Position numbers and translations under genes: made by a program. This document shows, piece by piece, positions 1-7,432 of a stretch of 24,000 nucleotides of DNA. The stretch is from the NCBI GenBank assembly GCA_025457885.1, contig JALOTN010000015.1:1-24000 (forward strand), given 5' to 3'. The DNA is from Thermoplasmatota archaeon. GTDB lineage: Archaea > Thermoplasmatota > E2 > DHVEG-1. The notes below the pieces were generated by a model. The model saw only the letters and a list, made by a program, of their open reading frames with translations, made no database searches and had not been told where the DNA came from. The stretch's first letter is position 1. The number at the start of each line of letters is the position of its first letter.

Positions 1-76
1 CATGAGTAATTTAATAAATTCTTAAAACCTCCTACTATTATAGAGAGGAAGAACAGAAAAAAATTAGGGGTCCAAT

Positions 77-382
77 ATGAAGAATCGTTTAATCAAAAAC
101 ATCGGAGGGTTGTCATACGACAACACTGCTAGTACATTCCTCGCTGCAGACACATCTGATACAACCCCCCGCCATCACGATTCAGTCATGATAACGACAC
201 TAGTGGTGAAGGACCTTGGAAGAAGCCTCCTTATAATACCTCCGGAGACGACATCACGACCTGCAGAGCAAGGAAATACGATACTTCCCGCGATCACGCG
301 TGTATTTCCTGTCCCCTATCGCTCTTCGAAAAAAACCTTGCAGGTCAGATATTCCAAATCATATCTGATGTCACTCTCCTAA
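77..382 (+). CDS. hypothetical protein, 101 aa (coding status doubtful; may instead be a structured non-coding transcript)
   Basis: This is the only ORF of 60 aa or more on either strand in a ~300-nt block that is visibly more GC-rich than its AT-rich flanks. ATG 77 is preceded by TAGGGG (65-70) and a TATA-like ctattata (35-42). It is followed by a pyrimidine tract and T6 (415-420). The product is S/T/P/R-rich with no motif I recognise. Confidence 0.25.
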   Translation: MKNRLIKNIGGLSYDNTASTFLAADTSDTTPRHHDSVMITTLVVKDLGRSLLIIPPETTSRPAEQGNTILPAITRVFPVPYRSSKKTLQVRYSKSYLMSLS

Positions 383-513
383 CACCTTCTCTTCATTTCC
401 TTCACCCCTTCCCCTTTTTTCTTCATACTTATAATGATAGATATTGATTTTAAGAAGAATGATGAAAAGAAACTATTTTTTAAAAAAAAAGAAAAAAAAA
501 GGAGAAGATAGGG

Positions 514-2190
514 TTAGGCAGGGATGACCCAGACACCTAACAGTAGTCGCTGGGTGATGATACCCCGGAAATCACTGTAGGGGAGATACCCGCAGCACGG
601 GTACTCACCATAGGTTTCTGTGAGGATTTGTGTCGATCGGTCTTGTCCGATGATTGCACTTACTTCAAGGACTTTTATGGGGAGGAACCGGAAACCAATG
701 GAGGCGGATTTATCCAGACTTGTGATCGAGCCGACCAGCCAGATTCGAGACTTCCCAAGAAACGGGATTTTCACGGGAAGCGTCGCCCATTCGCTCTCTG
801 CTCCCCGGGAATCCTTCGCTTTGGCTTTCACCGTGAATGTCTGCTTGGTATCCCAGGTGTGATTCACAACAAGTGCAGTTCCAGAATCAAACGGCCCCAG
901 CCAGTCGGTGGTCGTTCCATCACCCCAGTCCACAAAATAGGACACCTGCTGGTCCTCCGGGTCGAGAGATACAAGAGTATATTCATAGGTGACCCCTGGT
1001 TTTCCCTTCGCTGGTCCGCTGATTGATGGTTTGGCAGGAGCAGAGTTATTCGTTATCCCCAGATATTCCCTTAGAAACTCATCCCAGTGGGTGTTCATAG
1101 CAAAATTCGTCTGTTCATAGGGCGATGGTAATGTCTCATATCGCAGACTATCATTATAATCCCCGGCGCGTCGTGGGAAGTAGATGCTTAACCCATGAAC
1201 AGGATCACCAGAGAGATGATTATTGGCAATCACCGCGGTGTCCATGGTGGTTTGTATTTCTTCCCGGATGCTGGTAAACTCTGGGTCACTGATGGTGCAC
1301 AGATCAAGAAAATCATAAAAATCAATATAATAATCAATGTACCATAACCGGGCATACACCCGTGCACTCTCAAGAGCCGTGGTTATTTGCTCTTGATATT
1401 CATCTAAATGATCCAGGAGGTAAACCGCTAATCCATCGACTGATTCTTCAAGACTTGATACATAACTCAGGTTCGTCGCCGCCATCGTCGTCTTCATCCG
1501 GTCCTGTGTATAATCATGGGGGACGAAATGATCCACCATCGTAACACAAAATTCAGAGGGAGTCATACTTGGGTCATTCTTCAGATCGGTGAATGCGAGC
1601 ACATAAGGCCAATCATACAACATCCCGCATTCTGGGTAAGCGATAAAGTAACGGACACAGGAGTTGATCTGATAGGCTACCTCCATATTCCCCGTCATGC
1701 AGGTCTCAATCCCAAGGATGTCCAGTTTGTCTGCACCGTTGCTGGTGATCTGATTTAATGCATCCAACAGCTCAGGCATGGTGATCATCTGACCCCGTCC
1801 ATGTTCATCCCAACAGACTCCTTGCCAGCCACACCCCTTGTTACTTGAGATGAACAATGCGTAATTCTCTGCAGAAAGCTCATCTTTAATCTTAGTGACG
1901 AACTGGACAAGCGTGGCAGGATCATCCATGCTCGACTCCGCAGGCCATGTCTGTTGCACGAGAGTCGTTCCATCCAGATAATACAGCTTGGTATCCGAAG
2001 CGGTGTTCTGATCGATGAGCACAGAGATTGCAACCTGCTCAGAGGCTCCACATGCTCTGATGTTCTGCAGCACCTGACCTTGCGCTGCTGAGAGATTGTT
2101 AGTGGTAATAGCAGCCTGGCCTACACCACTGACAAACACAGTGATGAGGATCATACAAAACAATTGTTTTCCAAGATGGTTCTTCTTCAT
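514..2190 (-). CDS. secreted clostripain-like (peptidase C11, clan CD) protein with a C-terminal PKD cassette and tail domain
   Basis: 558-aa ORF with an N-terminal signal-like MKKNHLGKQLFCMILITVFVSGVG. It has the C11-like layout: YALFISSNKGCGWQGVCWDEHG, then LDILGIETCMTGNMEVAYQ (Cys codon 1699-1701). The PKD cassette is GPAKGKPGVTYEY...YFVDWGDGTTTDWLGPF...KAKAKDSRGAESEW (nt 763-1038). A TAGGGG SD-like motif lies at 2198-2203, and an oligo-T run follows the stop on the coding strand. Confidence 0.8.
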   Translation of the reverse strand: MKKNHLGKQLFCMILITVFVSGVGQAAITTNNLSAAQGQVLQNIRACGASEQVAISVLIDQNTASDTKLYYLDGTTLVQQTWPAESSMDDPATLVQFVTKIKDELSAENYALFISSNKGCGWQGVCWDEHGRGQMITMPELLDALNQITSNGADKLDILGIETCMTGNMEVAYQINSCVRYFIAYPECGMLYDWPYVLAFTDLKNDPSMTPSEFCVTMVDHFVPHDYTQDRMKTTMAATNLSYVSSLEESVDGLAVYLLDHLDEYQEQITTALESARVYARLWYIDYYIDFYDFLDLCTISDPEFTSIREEIQTTMDTAVIANNHLSGDPVHGLSIYFPRRAGDYNDSLRYETLPSPYEQTNFAMNTHWDEFLREYLGITNNSAPAKPSISGPAKGKPGVTYEYTLVSLDPEDQQVSYFVDWGDGTTTDWLGPFDSGTALVVNHTWDTKQTFTVKAKAKDSRGAESEWATLPVKIPFLGKSRIWLVGSITSLDKSASIGFRFLPIKVLEVSAIIGQDRSTQILTETYGEYPCCGYLPYSDFRGIITQRLLLGVWVIPA

Positions 2191-2349
2191 GGTCTTTCCC
2201 CTAATACTCTGTTATGAGGCGTATTTCATATAAGACTTCTTTTGGTTTTTTTGTACAAAAACCCACTCCAATATCCTTTTTGTTAAAAAGAACAAAAAAC
2301 AGATACGCCTGTTTTTTTTCCAACCAAAATGACTTTGAATGATGAAAAG

Positions 2350-2357
2350 TTATATAT
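2350..2357 (+). promoter_or_regulatory. TATA-box-like element upstream of the tRNA-Gln(CUG)/glnS unit
   Basis: ttatatat is preceded by purine-rich gaaaag (BRE-like). It lies about 40 nt upstream of the mature tRNA 5' end at 2397. It is the only promoter-like element available for glnS. Confidence 0.4.
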
Positions 2358-2396
2358 GAATCATTTTCACTTCTGGTTCGGCGAGGGGAACAGCCT

Positions 2397-2468
2397 AGCC
2401 CCGTAGTGCAGCGGTTAGCACAAGAGACTCTGGATCTCTAGACACCAGTTCGAATCTGGTCGGGGCTG
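2397..2468 (+). tRNA. tRNA-Gln (anticodon CUG)
   Basis: Hand-folded cloverleaf. Acceptor AGCCCCG/CGGGGCT, D-stem GTGC/GCAC, anticodon stem AGAGA/TCTCT with loop CTCTGGA (anticodon CTG). T-stem ACCAG/CTGGT with loop TTCGAAT, discriminator G, no encoded CCA. Confidence 0.93.
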
Positions 2469-2472
2469 TCCA

Positions 2473-4173
2473 ATGAGTGTGGGGACCATGGAGTCAACAG
2501 AGCAAGTAACCAAGGATTTTATCCGGGAAATCATTGATGAGGACAACAAAACGAATAAGTACAATGGTAGGGTCCATACCCGATTTCCCCCGGAACCGAA
2601 CGGGTACCTCCATATCGGTCATGCGAAATCCATCTGCCTGAATTTCGGAATCGCTGAGGAATACAAAGGCTTCTGTAACCTCCGGTTCGATGACACAAAC
2701 CCAGCCAAAGAGGAGCAGGAGTACGTCCAGTCCATCATCGATAACGTTAAATGGCTTGGCTTTGACTGGGAGGATCGTTTGTTCTTCGCATCCGATTATT
2801 TTCCTCAGATGTACGAGTATGCCCTGCAACTGATAAAAACAGGGAAAGCGTATGTCGATGATCTCCCTGCGGATCAGATCACGGAATATCGTGGGAACCT
2901 GACAAAACCTGGGAAGAACAGCCCGTTTCGAGACCGCTCCATCGAGGAGAACCTTGATTTATTCCAACGGATGAAGGCAGGGGAGTTTGCTGATGGTCAG
3001 AAAGTCCTGCGTGCGAAAATCGACATGAGTCATCCGAACCTGAACATGCGCGATCCTGTGATGTATCGGATCCTGCATGCGAGCCATCATCGGTCTGGTG
3101 ATGCTTGGTGTATTTACCCGATGTACGACTGGGCGCATGGCCTGGAGGATTCTCTCGAAGGGATTACTCATTCTATCTGTACTCTTGAGTTTGAGAATCA
3201 TCGACCCTTATATGATTGGTTCCTGGATGCCCTGGGGGTGTATCATCCGCAGCAGATTGAGTTCGCCCGGTTGAATCTGACTTATACCGTGATGAGTAAG
3301 CGGTTGCTGCTGCAATTGGTGGATGGTAACTTTGTCTGTGGCTGGGATGATCCTCGTCTGCCCACCATCAGTGGGATGCGTCGTCGAGGCTACTCCCCGT
3401 CAGCGATCCGGTTGTTCTGTAAACGCATTGGTGTTGCAAAATTCAACAGCATCGTTGATTTCGAGTTCCTGGAGCATAACATTCGGGAGGATTTGAATAA
3501 AACAGCCCCTCGGTTCATGGGAGTCCTTCGTCCATTAAAGATCATCATCGATAACTACCCAGCGGGTCAGACCGAGGAGCTAGAGGCGGTCAATAACCCG
3601 GAAGACCCAGGGATGGGATCCCGGAAGATACCCTTCTCACAGACATTGTATATCGAGCAGGATGATTTCATGGAGAACCCACCTAAGGATTATTACCGAC
3701 TCGCGCCAGGTCGAGAGGTTCGTCTCCGATACGCCTATTTCATCAAATGCACCGACGTGATCAAGAAAGATGGAAAACCAATCGAGCTGCATTGCACCTA
3801 TGATCCTGCTACGAAAGGAGGGTACGCACCGGATGGTCGGAAAGTGAAATCCACGATTCATTGGGTGTCAGCATCCCATGCGATACCTGCGGAAACACGG
3901 CTGTATGACCGGTTGTTTACAATTGCGGATCCCGCCGGACAGAAAGGCGCTGATTTCAAAGAGTTCCTCAACCCACATTCCCTTGAAGCGCTTCGTGATT
4001 GCCGTGTCGAACCAGCGATTGCAACCCTCAACGCGTTTGATCGTTTCCAGTTTGAACGTCTGGGGTATTTCTGTGTCGACCCATCGACAACGAAGAACGC
4101 ACTGGTGTTGAACCGCACGGTTGAACTGCGTGACTCCTGGGCGAAACACCAGAAAACCGCACAAAAGAAATAA
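2473..4173 (+). CDS. glnS: glutamine--tRNA ligase (GlnRS), bacterial-type class I aaRS
   Basis: 566-aa ORF. HIGH signature LHIGHAK (CAT ATC GGT CAT at 2611-2622) and KMSKS-type VMSKR (3289-3303). The N-terminal block [10 protein letters not shown]...[44 protein letters not shown] and the C-terminal ELRDSWAK are near-colinear with E. coli GlnS as I recall it. An alternative in-frame start lies at 2488. Confidence 0.95.
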   Translation: MSVGTMESTEQVTKDFIREIIDEDNKTNKYNGRVHTRFPPEPNGYLHIGHAKSICLNFGIAEEYKGFCNLRFDDTNPAKEEQEYVQSIIDNVKWLGFDWEDRLFFASDYFPQMYEYALQLIKTGKAYVDDLPADQITEYRGNLTKPGKNSPFRDRSIEENLDLFQRMKAGEFADGQKVLRAKIDMSHPNLNMRDPVMYRILHASHHRSGDAWCIYPMYDWAHGLEDSLEGITHSICTLEFENHRPLYDWFLDALGVYHPQQIEFARLNLTYTVMSKRLLLQLVDGNFVCGWDDPRLPTISGMRRRGYSPSAIRLFCKRIGVAKFNSIVDFEFLEHNIREDLNKTAPRFMGVLRPLKIIIDNYPAGQTEELEAVNNPEDPGMGSRKIPFSQTLYIEQDDFMENPPKDYYRLAPGREVRLRYAYFIKCTDVIKKDGKPIELHCTYDPATKGGYAPDGRKVKSTIHWVSASHAIPAETRLYDRLFTIADPAGQKGADFKEFLNPHSLEALRDCRVEPAIATLNAFDRFQFERLGYFCVDPSTTKNALVLNRTVELRDSWAKHQKTAQKK

Positions 4174-4234
4174 CCAAGAATTACTCGAATGCATATCCTT
4201 AAATAAAATCAAAGAATCCCGGTATGAGTCACCT

Positions 4235-4305
4235 AGCCCCGTGGTGTAGTGGCAACATTTTGGCCTTTGGAGCCAACGTCGGCGGTTCAAATCCGCCCGG
4301 GGCTG
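4235..4305 (+). tRNA. tRNA-Gln (anticodon UUG)
   Basis: Hand-folded cloverleaf. The acceptor AGCCCCG/CGGGGCT is identical to the upstream tRNA. Anticodon stem TTGGC/GCCAA with loop CTTTGGA (anticodon TTG). T-stem GGCGG/CCGCC with loop TTCAAAT, discriminator G, no CCA. Confidence 0.93.
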
Positions 4306-4306
4306 C

Positions 4307-4312
4307 TTTTTT
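4307..4312 (+). terminator. oligo-T terminator closing the tRNA-glnS-tRNA unit
   Basis: A T6 run starts 2 nt after the tRNA-Gln(UUG) discriminator. This is the archaeal-style terminator seen after most genes in this window. Confidence 0.5.
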
Positions 4313-4425
4313 CACACTCCATACTAAATGATGAGATGGGAGCCTGTTTTTTAGACATAATTAGGCAAAGTATATGTTTAAATACAGCATGATGAATACA
4401 ACCGCAATATTAGGAAGTCATAAAT

Positions 4426-4593
4426 ATGTATAGAGAAGAAGGACGCGGTCGTTATGGGGGCGCACCACGAGAAATGCATAAAGCGACCTGTGCAGATTGT
4501 GGGAAAGAATGTGAAGTTCCGTTTAAACCGAATGGTACAAAACCTGTGTACTGCAGGGATTGTTATCAGCAACACCGACCACAACGATACTAG
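4426..4593 (+). CDS. small zinc-ribbon protein with a CxxC-x17-CxxC domain (55 aa)
   Basis: Absent from the ORF track because it is under 60 aa. Translation: MYREEGRGRYGGAPREMHKATCADCGKECEVPFKPNGTKPVYCRDCYQQHRPQRY. CADC and CRDC are separated by exactly 17 residues. A taggaag SD-like motif lies upstream, a TATA-like aaagtatatgtttaaat about 50 nt upstream, and a long T-rich tract downstream. Confidence 0.75.
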   Translation: MYREEGRGRYGGAPREMHKATCADCGKECEVPFKPNGTKPVYCRDCYQQHRPQRY

Positions 4594-4714
4594 TAAAAAA
4601 ATAAATGTAATATTAAATTCATAATTTTTTTACTATCTCTTTTCTTTTTTTTTTGTTACTCGAAAATTCTCCTTAATAGAAGATTTTTTATAACAATGAC
4701 TGCTAGGTGCCTGC

Positions 4715-5755
4715 ATGGCGATATTCACCGGGTTTGGAAGCGATAATCATTCAGGTGTGCATCCGGAGATACTTCATGCCCTTCAGAGCGTCAACGACGG
4801 GTATGTCATCGCCTATGGGGACGATGAATACACCATTCAAACTATTAAAAAACTCAAGCAGGTGTTCGGCAAAGACACCGCTATTTTCTTCGTCTATAAT
4901 GGGACTGCGGCAAACATTTTGGGGCTTCGTAGTGTGACTGACTCGTTCCATTCGATTCTTTGTGCAGAGAGTGCGCATCTTACGGTCCATGAATGTTGCG
5001 GTCCAGAGAATTATATTGGTACAAAACTCGTCAATATCCCTACCTCTGATGGGAAACTCACGGTGGACCTGGTGCAACCGTATTTGATTGGAGTAAATGA
5101 CCCGCATATGGCTCAGCCGCATGTGATGTCTATCACCCAGGCGACCGAGCGGGGGACCACCTATCGACCAAAAGAGATTCAGGCGCTAGCGAAATTTGCG
5201 CATCAACATCAGATGTTGTTGCATATGGATGGTGCCCGGTTGTGTAACGCGGCCGCCTTCCTTAAGACGGGTCTGCGTGAGATCTCTGGTGCCTGCGGGG
5301 TGGACGTCTTGTCCTTTGGGGGAACCAAGAACGGGATGATGTATGGAGAGGCAGTGGTGTTCTTCAACAAGGATCACGCGAGGTATTTTGAGTTCATCCG
5401 CAAACAAGGGATGCAGCTGACCAGTAAGATGCGGTACATCTCCGCACAGTTCAGCGCGTTTCTTAGAGATGAGCTTTGGTTGCGCAATGCCTCGCATGCT
5501 AATGAGATGGCGCACCTGCTGGCCCAACAGCTCCAAGAGATCCCCGGAATAAAGATTTCTCAGAAGGTGGAGGCCAACATGGTCTATGCCATTATCCCGA
5601 ATCAGAGTATCCTACGGCTGCAGAAACAGTATTATTTCCATCGGTTCAATGAACGCACATGCGAGGTGCGGCTTATGTGTTCGTTCACCACGCAACCTGA
5701 GGATATCCTGCGGTTTGCTCAGGCGATACGTCGTTCCATGATGCAGAAAAAATAA
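4715..5755 (+). CDS. low-specificity L-threonine aldolase family protein (PLP-dependent, beta-eliminating lyase fold)
   Basis: 346-aa ORF. The N-terminal FGSDNHSGVHPEIL and the PLP-lysine block DVLSFGGTKNGMMYGEAVVFF are typical of the LtaA/LtaE-like family. AGGTG SD lies 7 nt upstream. Confidence 0.85.
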   Translation: MAIFTGFGSDNHSGVHPEILHALQSVNDGYVIAYGDDEYTIQTIKKLKQVFGKDTAIFFVYNGTAANILGLRSVTDSFHSILCAESAHLTVHECCGPENYIGTKLVNIPTSDGKLTVDLVQPYLIGVNDPHMAQPHVMSITQATERGTTYRPKEIQALAKFAHQHQMLLHMDGARLCNAAAFLKTGLREISGACGVDVLSFGGTKNGMMYGEAVVFFNKDHARYFEFIRKQGMQLTSKMRYISAQFSAFLRDELWLRNASHANEMAHLLAQQLQEIPGIKISQKVEANMVYAIIPNQSILRLQKQYYFHRFNERTCEVRLMCSFTTQPEDILRFAQAIRRSMMQKK

Positions 5756-5760
5756 ATCGT

Positions 5761-6627
5761 TTATGGTTCCTTTTTTGAGAGGAGATATACTCCGCCGATG
5801 AGGAGAAGAGTCCCGATGAGTTGCAGAGGGGTGATCATCTCATCAAGGAAGAGATAGGCGAGGATTGCTGCGAAGAACGGAGCGGTAAGCTCCAGTCCTG
5901 ATACCTGTGCTGCTTTTAAGCGTTTTAATCCTTCATAGTACAGAATAGTTCCGATTCCGATGATTATCCCAATACAGACTTGGTAGATGTTTGCGATGAA
6001 CAGCGAGGACGTTAGGCCAAGATACGTTGCAAAGAGGAGCGCAGGGAAGAAGAATCGATAGAAGGTAATCAGCCCAGCATCCATTGTGGTGAGGTATTTT
6101 TTCATGACGATAGCGGAGGTCGCCCAGGCAATGGTGGCGGACAGGACAATCAGATCTCCCAGAGTGCCAATCCTAAGCGAAAGAAGGTTGTCCAGGGTCT
6201 TGGTTGTGACCAGTATCCCTGAGAAAATCATAAGGGTGATACCGAGGTAGTCAAACCTGGTAAGCTTGTCTGTTTTTAGGATGAAAAATCCTATGGCGAT
6301 GATGAAGATCGTCTGCATATGTCCGATGATGACCGCGTTAACGACAGGGATTTGAGATAATGCGACGAAGTACATGAAATCCGCGATGAGGGTGCCGACC
6401 ATTGCGATGTAGAGCAGAGGGGGGAGCTGACGTCGTGGGACTTTCAAGGGAGCTTTTCTGGTAAGGATGAGGTAGAGAAATGCGGTGAGCGCTGCAACCA
6501 TGGCTCGTATCGCAGAGGTCTGCAGGAAATCAGAGTTCTCAAAGGAGAGTTTAGCAAGGATTGGTTCGATCGCCCATATGATACTTGCAAGTAAAATAAT
6601 AAGGACGCCGAGGTGTTTTGAGTTCAC
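5761..6627 (-). CDS. EamA/DMT-superfamily transporter
   Basis: 288-aa ORF with about 10 hydrophobic helices in two EamA-like halves (SIIWAIEPILAK..., ATIAWATSAIVMK...). GTG start. Convergent with the aldolase gene, whose stop ends 5 nt before this gene's stop codon. Confidence 0.85.
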   Translation of the reverse strand: MNSKHLGVLIILLASIIWAIEPILAKLSFENSDFLQTSAIRAMVAALTAFLYLILTRKAPLKVPRRQLPPLLYIAMVGTLIADFMYFVALSQIPVVNAVIIGHMQTIFIIAIGFFILKTDKLTRFDYLGITLMIFSGILVTTKTLDNLLSLRIGTLGDLIVLSATIAWATSAIVMKKYLTTMDAGLITFYRFFFPALLFATYLGLTSSLFIANIYQVCIGIIIGIGTILYYEGLKRLKAAQVSGLELTAPFFAAILAYLFLDEMITPLQLIGTLLLIGGVYLLSKKEP

Positions 6628-6680
6628 AAAGACTGCAAACCGGTCAGGTTCTTAAATCGTTTGTTACAGAGGTTTTCTCC

Positions 6681-7262
6681 TCATGGTTTTTCTGTTGGTA
6701 TAAAAACGGTAAAGGATTGTATCGGGAGAAAATCATAGGAGGCTGAGACGGTGAACCCGGCGTTCTTCATCTCTTCGATGATGGTTTCCTGTGGAACGTT
6801 ATGACCACATCGTCGATGGAAGCTGAGCCGACTGCCTTGCTTGGTATATTCGATGATAGCGATCCGACCCTCTGGTTTTAAGAGTTTTTTTGCTTCTGAG
6901 AAATATCGGGGTCGGTTCTGAAGATGATGGTACACACTGCGAACGAAGAGGAGGTCGATAGAAGCTGGTGGGAGCGGAATGGTTTGTTCTGTGGTCTGTA
7001 TCGTAGAGATGTTCGTCAACCCTAGTCGTATTGCTTGGGTATCGATGAACTCAAGGAAGTCTTTGTTTGTGTCGACTGCATAGACTTTTCCTTTCTCTCC
7101 AACCATCTGGGAGAAAAGAAAGGTGAAGAATCCACCACCGGATCCGATGTCAGCGATGGTTTGGCCAGGATGGATATTCATTGTTTTTATGATTTCATTT
7201 GGTCTGCTTTTTTTGCTCGCTGCCTTTCTGTTGAACATTTTTGCTTTGGAGTATTTACCCAT
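6681..7262 (-). CDS. class I SAM-dependent methyltransferase
   Basis: 193-aa ORF. Motif I is IADIGSGGGFFTF, followed by the acidic post-I VYAVD and LLKPEGRIAIIEY. GGTGA SD upstream of the ATG. Confidence 0.85.
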   Translation of the reverse strand: MGKYSKAKMFNRKAASKKSRPNEIIKTMNIHPGQTIADIGSGGGFFTFLFSQMVGEKGKVYAVDTNKDFLEFIDTQAIRLGLTNISTIQTTEQTIPLPPASIDLLFVRSVYHHLQNRPRYFSEAKKLLKPEGRIAIIEYTKQGSRLSFHRRCGHNVPQETIIEEMKNAGFTVSASYDFLPIQSFTVFIPTEKP

Positions 7263-7368
7263 ACGTCACCATCGGTGGAATGTCGTAGGAAAACAAATAG
7301 CTATTAAATTATTTTTCCTGCTGACAAATTTGCAAAAAATAATTTTTTCATTTCGTAATTTTATAAAG

Positions 7369-7382
7369 ATATTTTTATATAC
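7369..7382 (+). promoter_or_regulatory. TATA box/promoter of the first PKD-array gene
   Basis: The 14-mer atatttttatatac is identical to the one upstream of the paralogous gene (9192-9205). It lies 51 nt upstream of ATG 7433, with GGAGGT SD at 7419-7424. Confidence 0.5.
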
Positions 7383-7432
7383 GTCCTGAAGTCAAAGGAG
7401 AATGTAGAGTAAAATTTTGGAGGTAGGCAGAG

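Noticed and set aside
1-46. Possible start of a minus-strand gene running off the left edge (cat at 1-3, GGAGGT complement at 27-32, TATA-like at 35-42)
   Set aside because: Only one codon is visible, and the SD-like element is about 25 nt from the ATG, which is too far. It cannot be supported from this window.
620-1026. Plus-strand ORFs of 80 and 132 aa, plus other short ORFs, overlapping the C11 gene
   Set aside because: They are antisense or alternative frames of a gene with strong motif support. Their products look like nonsense.
2337-2348. C-box-like ATGATGA near both tRNAs (also at 4326-4334) as a possible C/D-box sRNA
   Set aside because: No CTGA D box or D' box lies at an appropriate distance, and there are no terminal pairing stems. 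An 8-10-mer shared by two AT-rich spacers is weak evidence.
2397-4305. The two tRNA-Gln genes as attL/attR of an integrated mobile element carrying glnS
   Set aside because: Both tRNAs are complete and have different anticodons and different D, anticodon and T arms. They are therefore not a target-site duplication. No integrase is present. A spot G+C count in glnS (31/60 at 2701-2760) matches the neighbouring higher-GC genes.
4378-4584. 68-aa ORF on the minus strand in the supplied track
   Set aside because: It is antisense to a much more convincing zinc-ribbon ORF (4426-4593, exact CxxC-x17-CxxC spacing). Its own sequence is low-complexity and hydrophobic, and it has no start-site signals.
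7035-7389. Plus-strand ORFs of 90 and 88 aa overlapping the methyltransferase 5' end and the intergenic region
   Set aside because: They overlap a well-supported minus-strand gene and then run through AT-rich promoter DNA. They have no SD.
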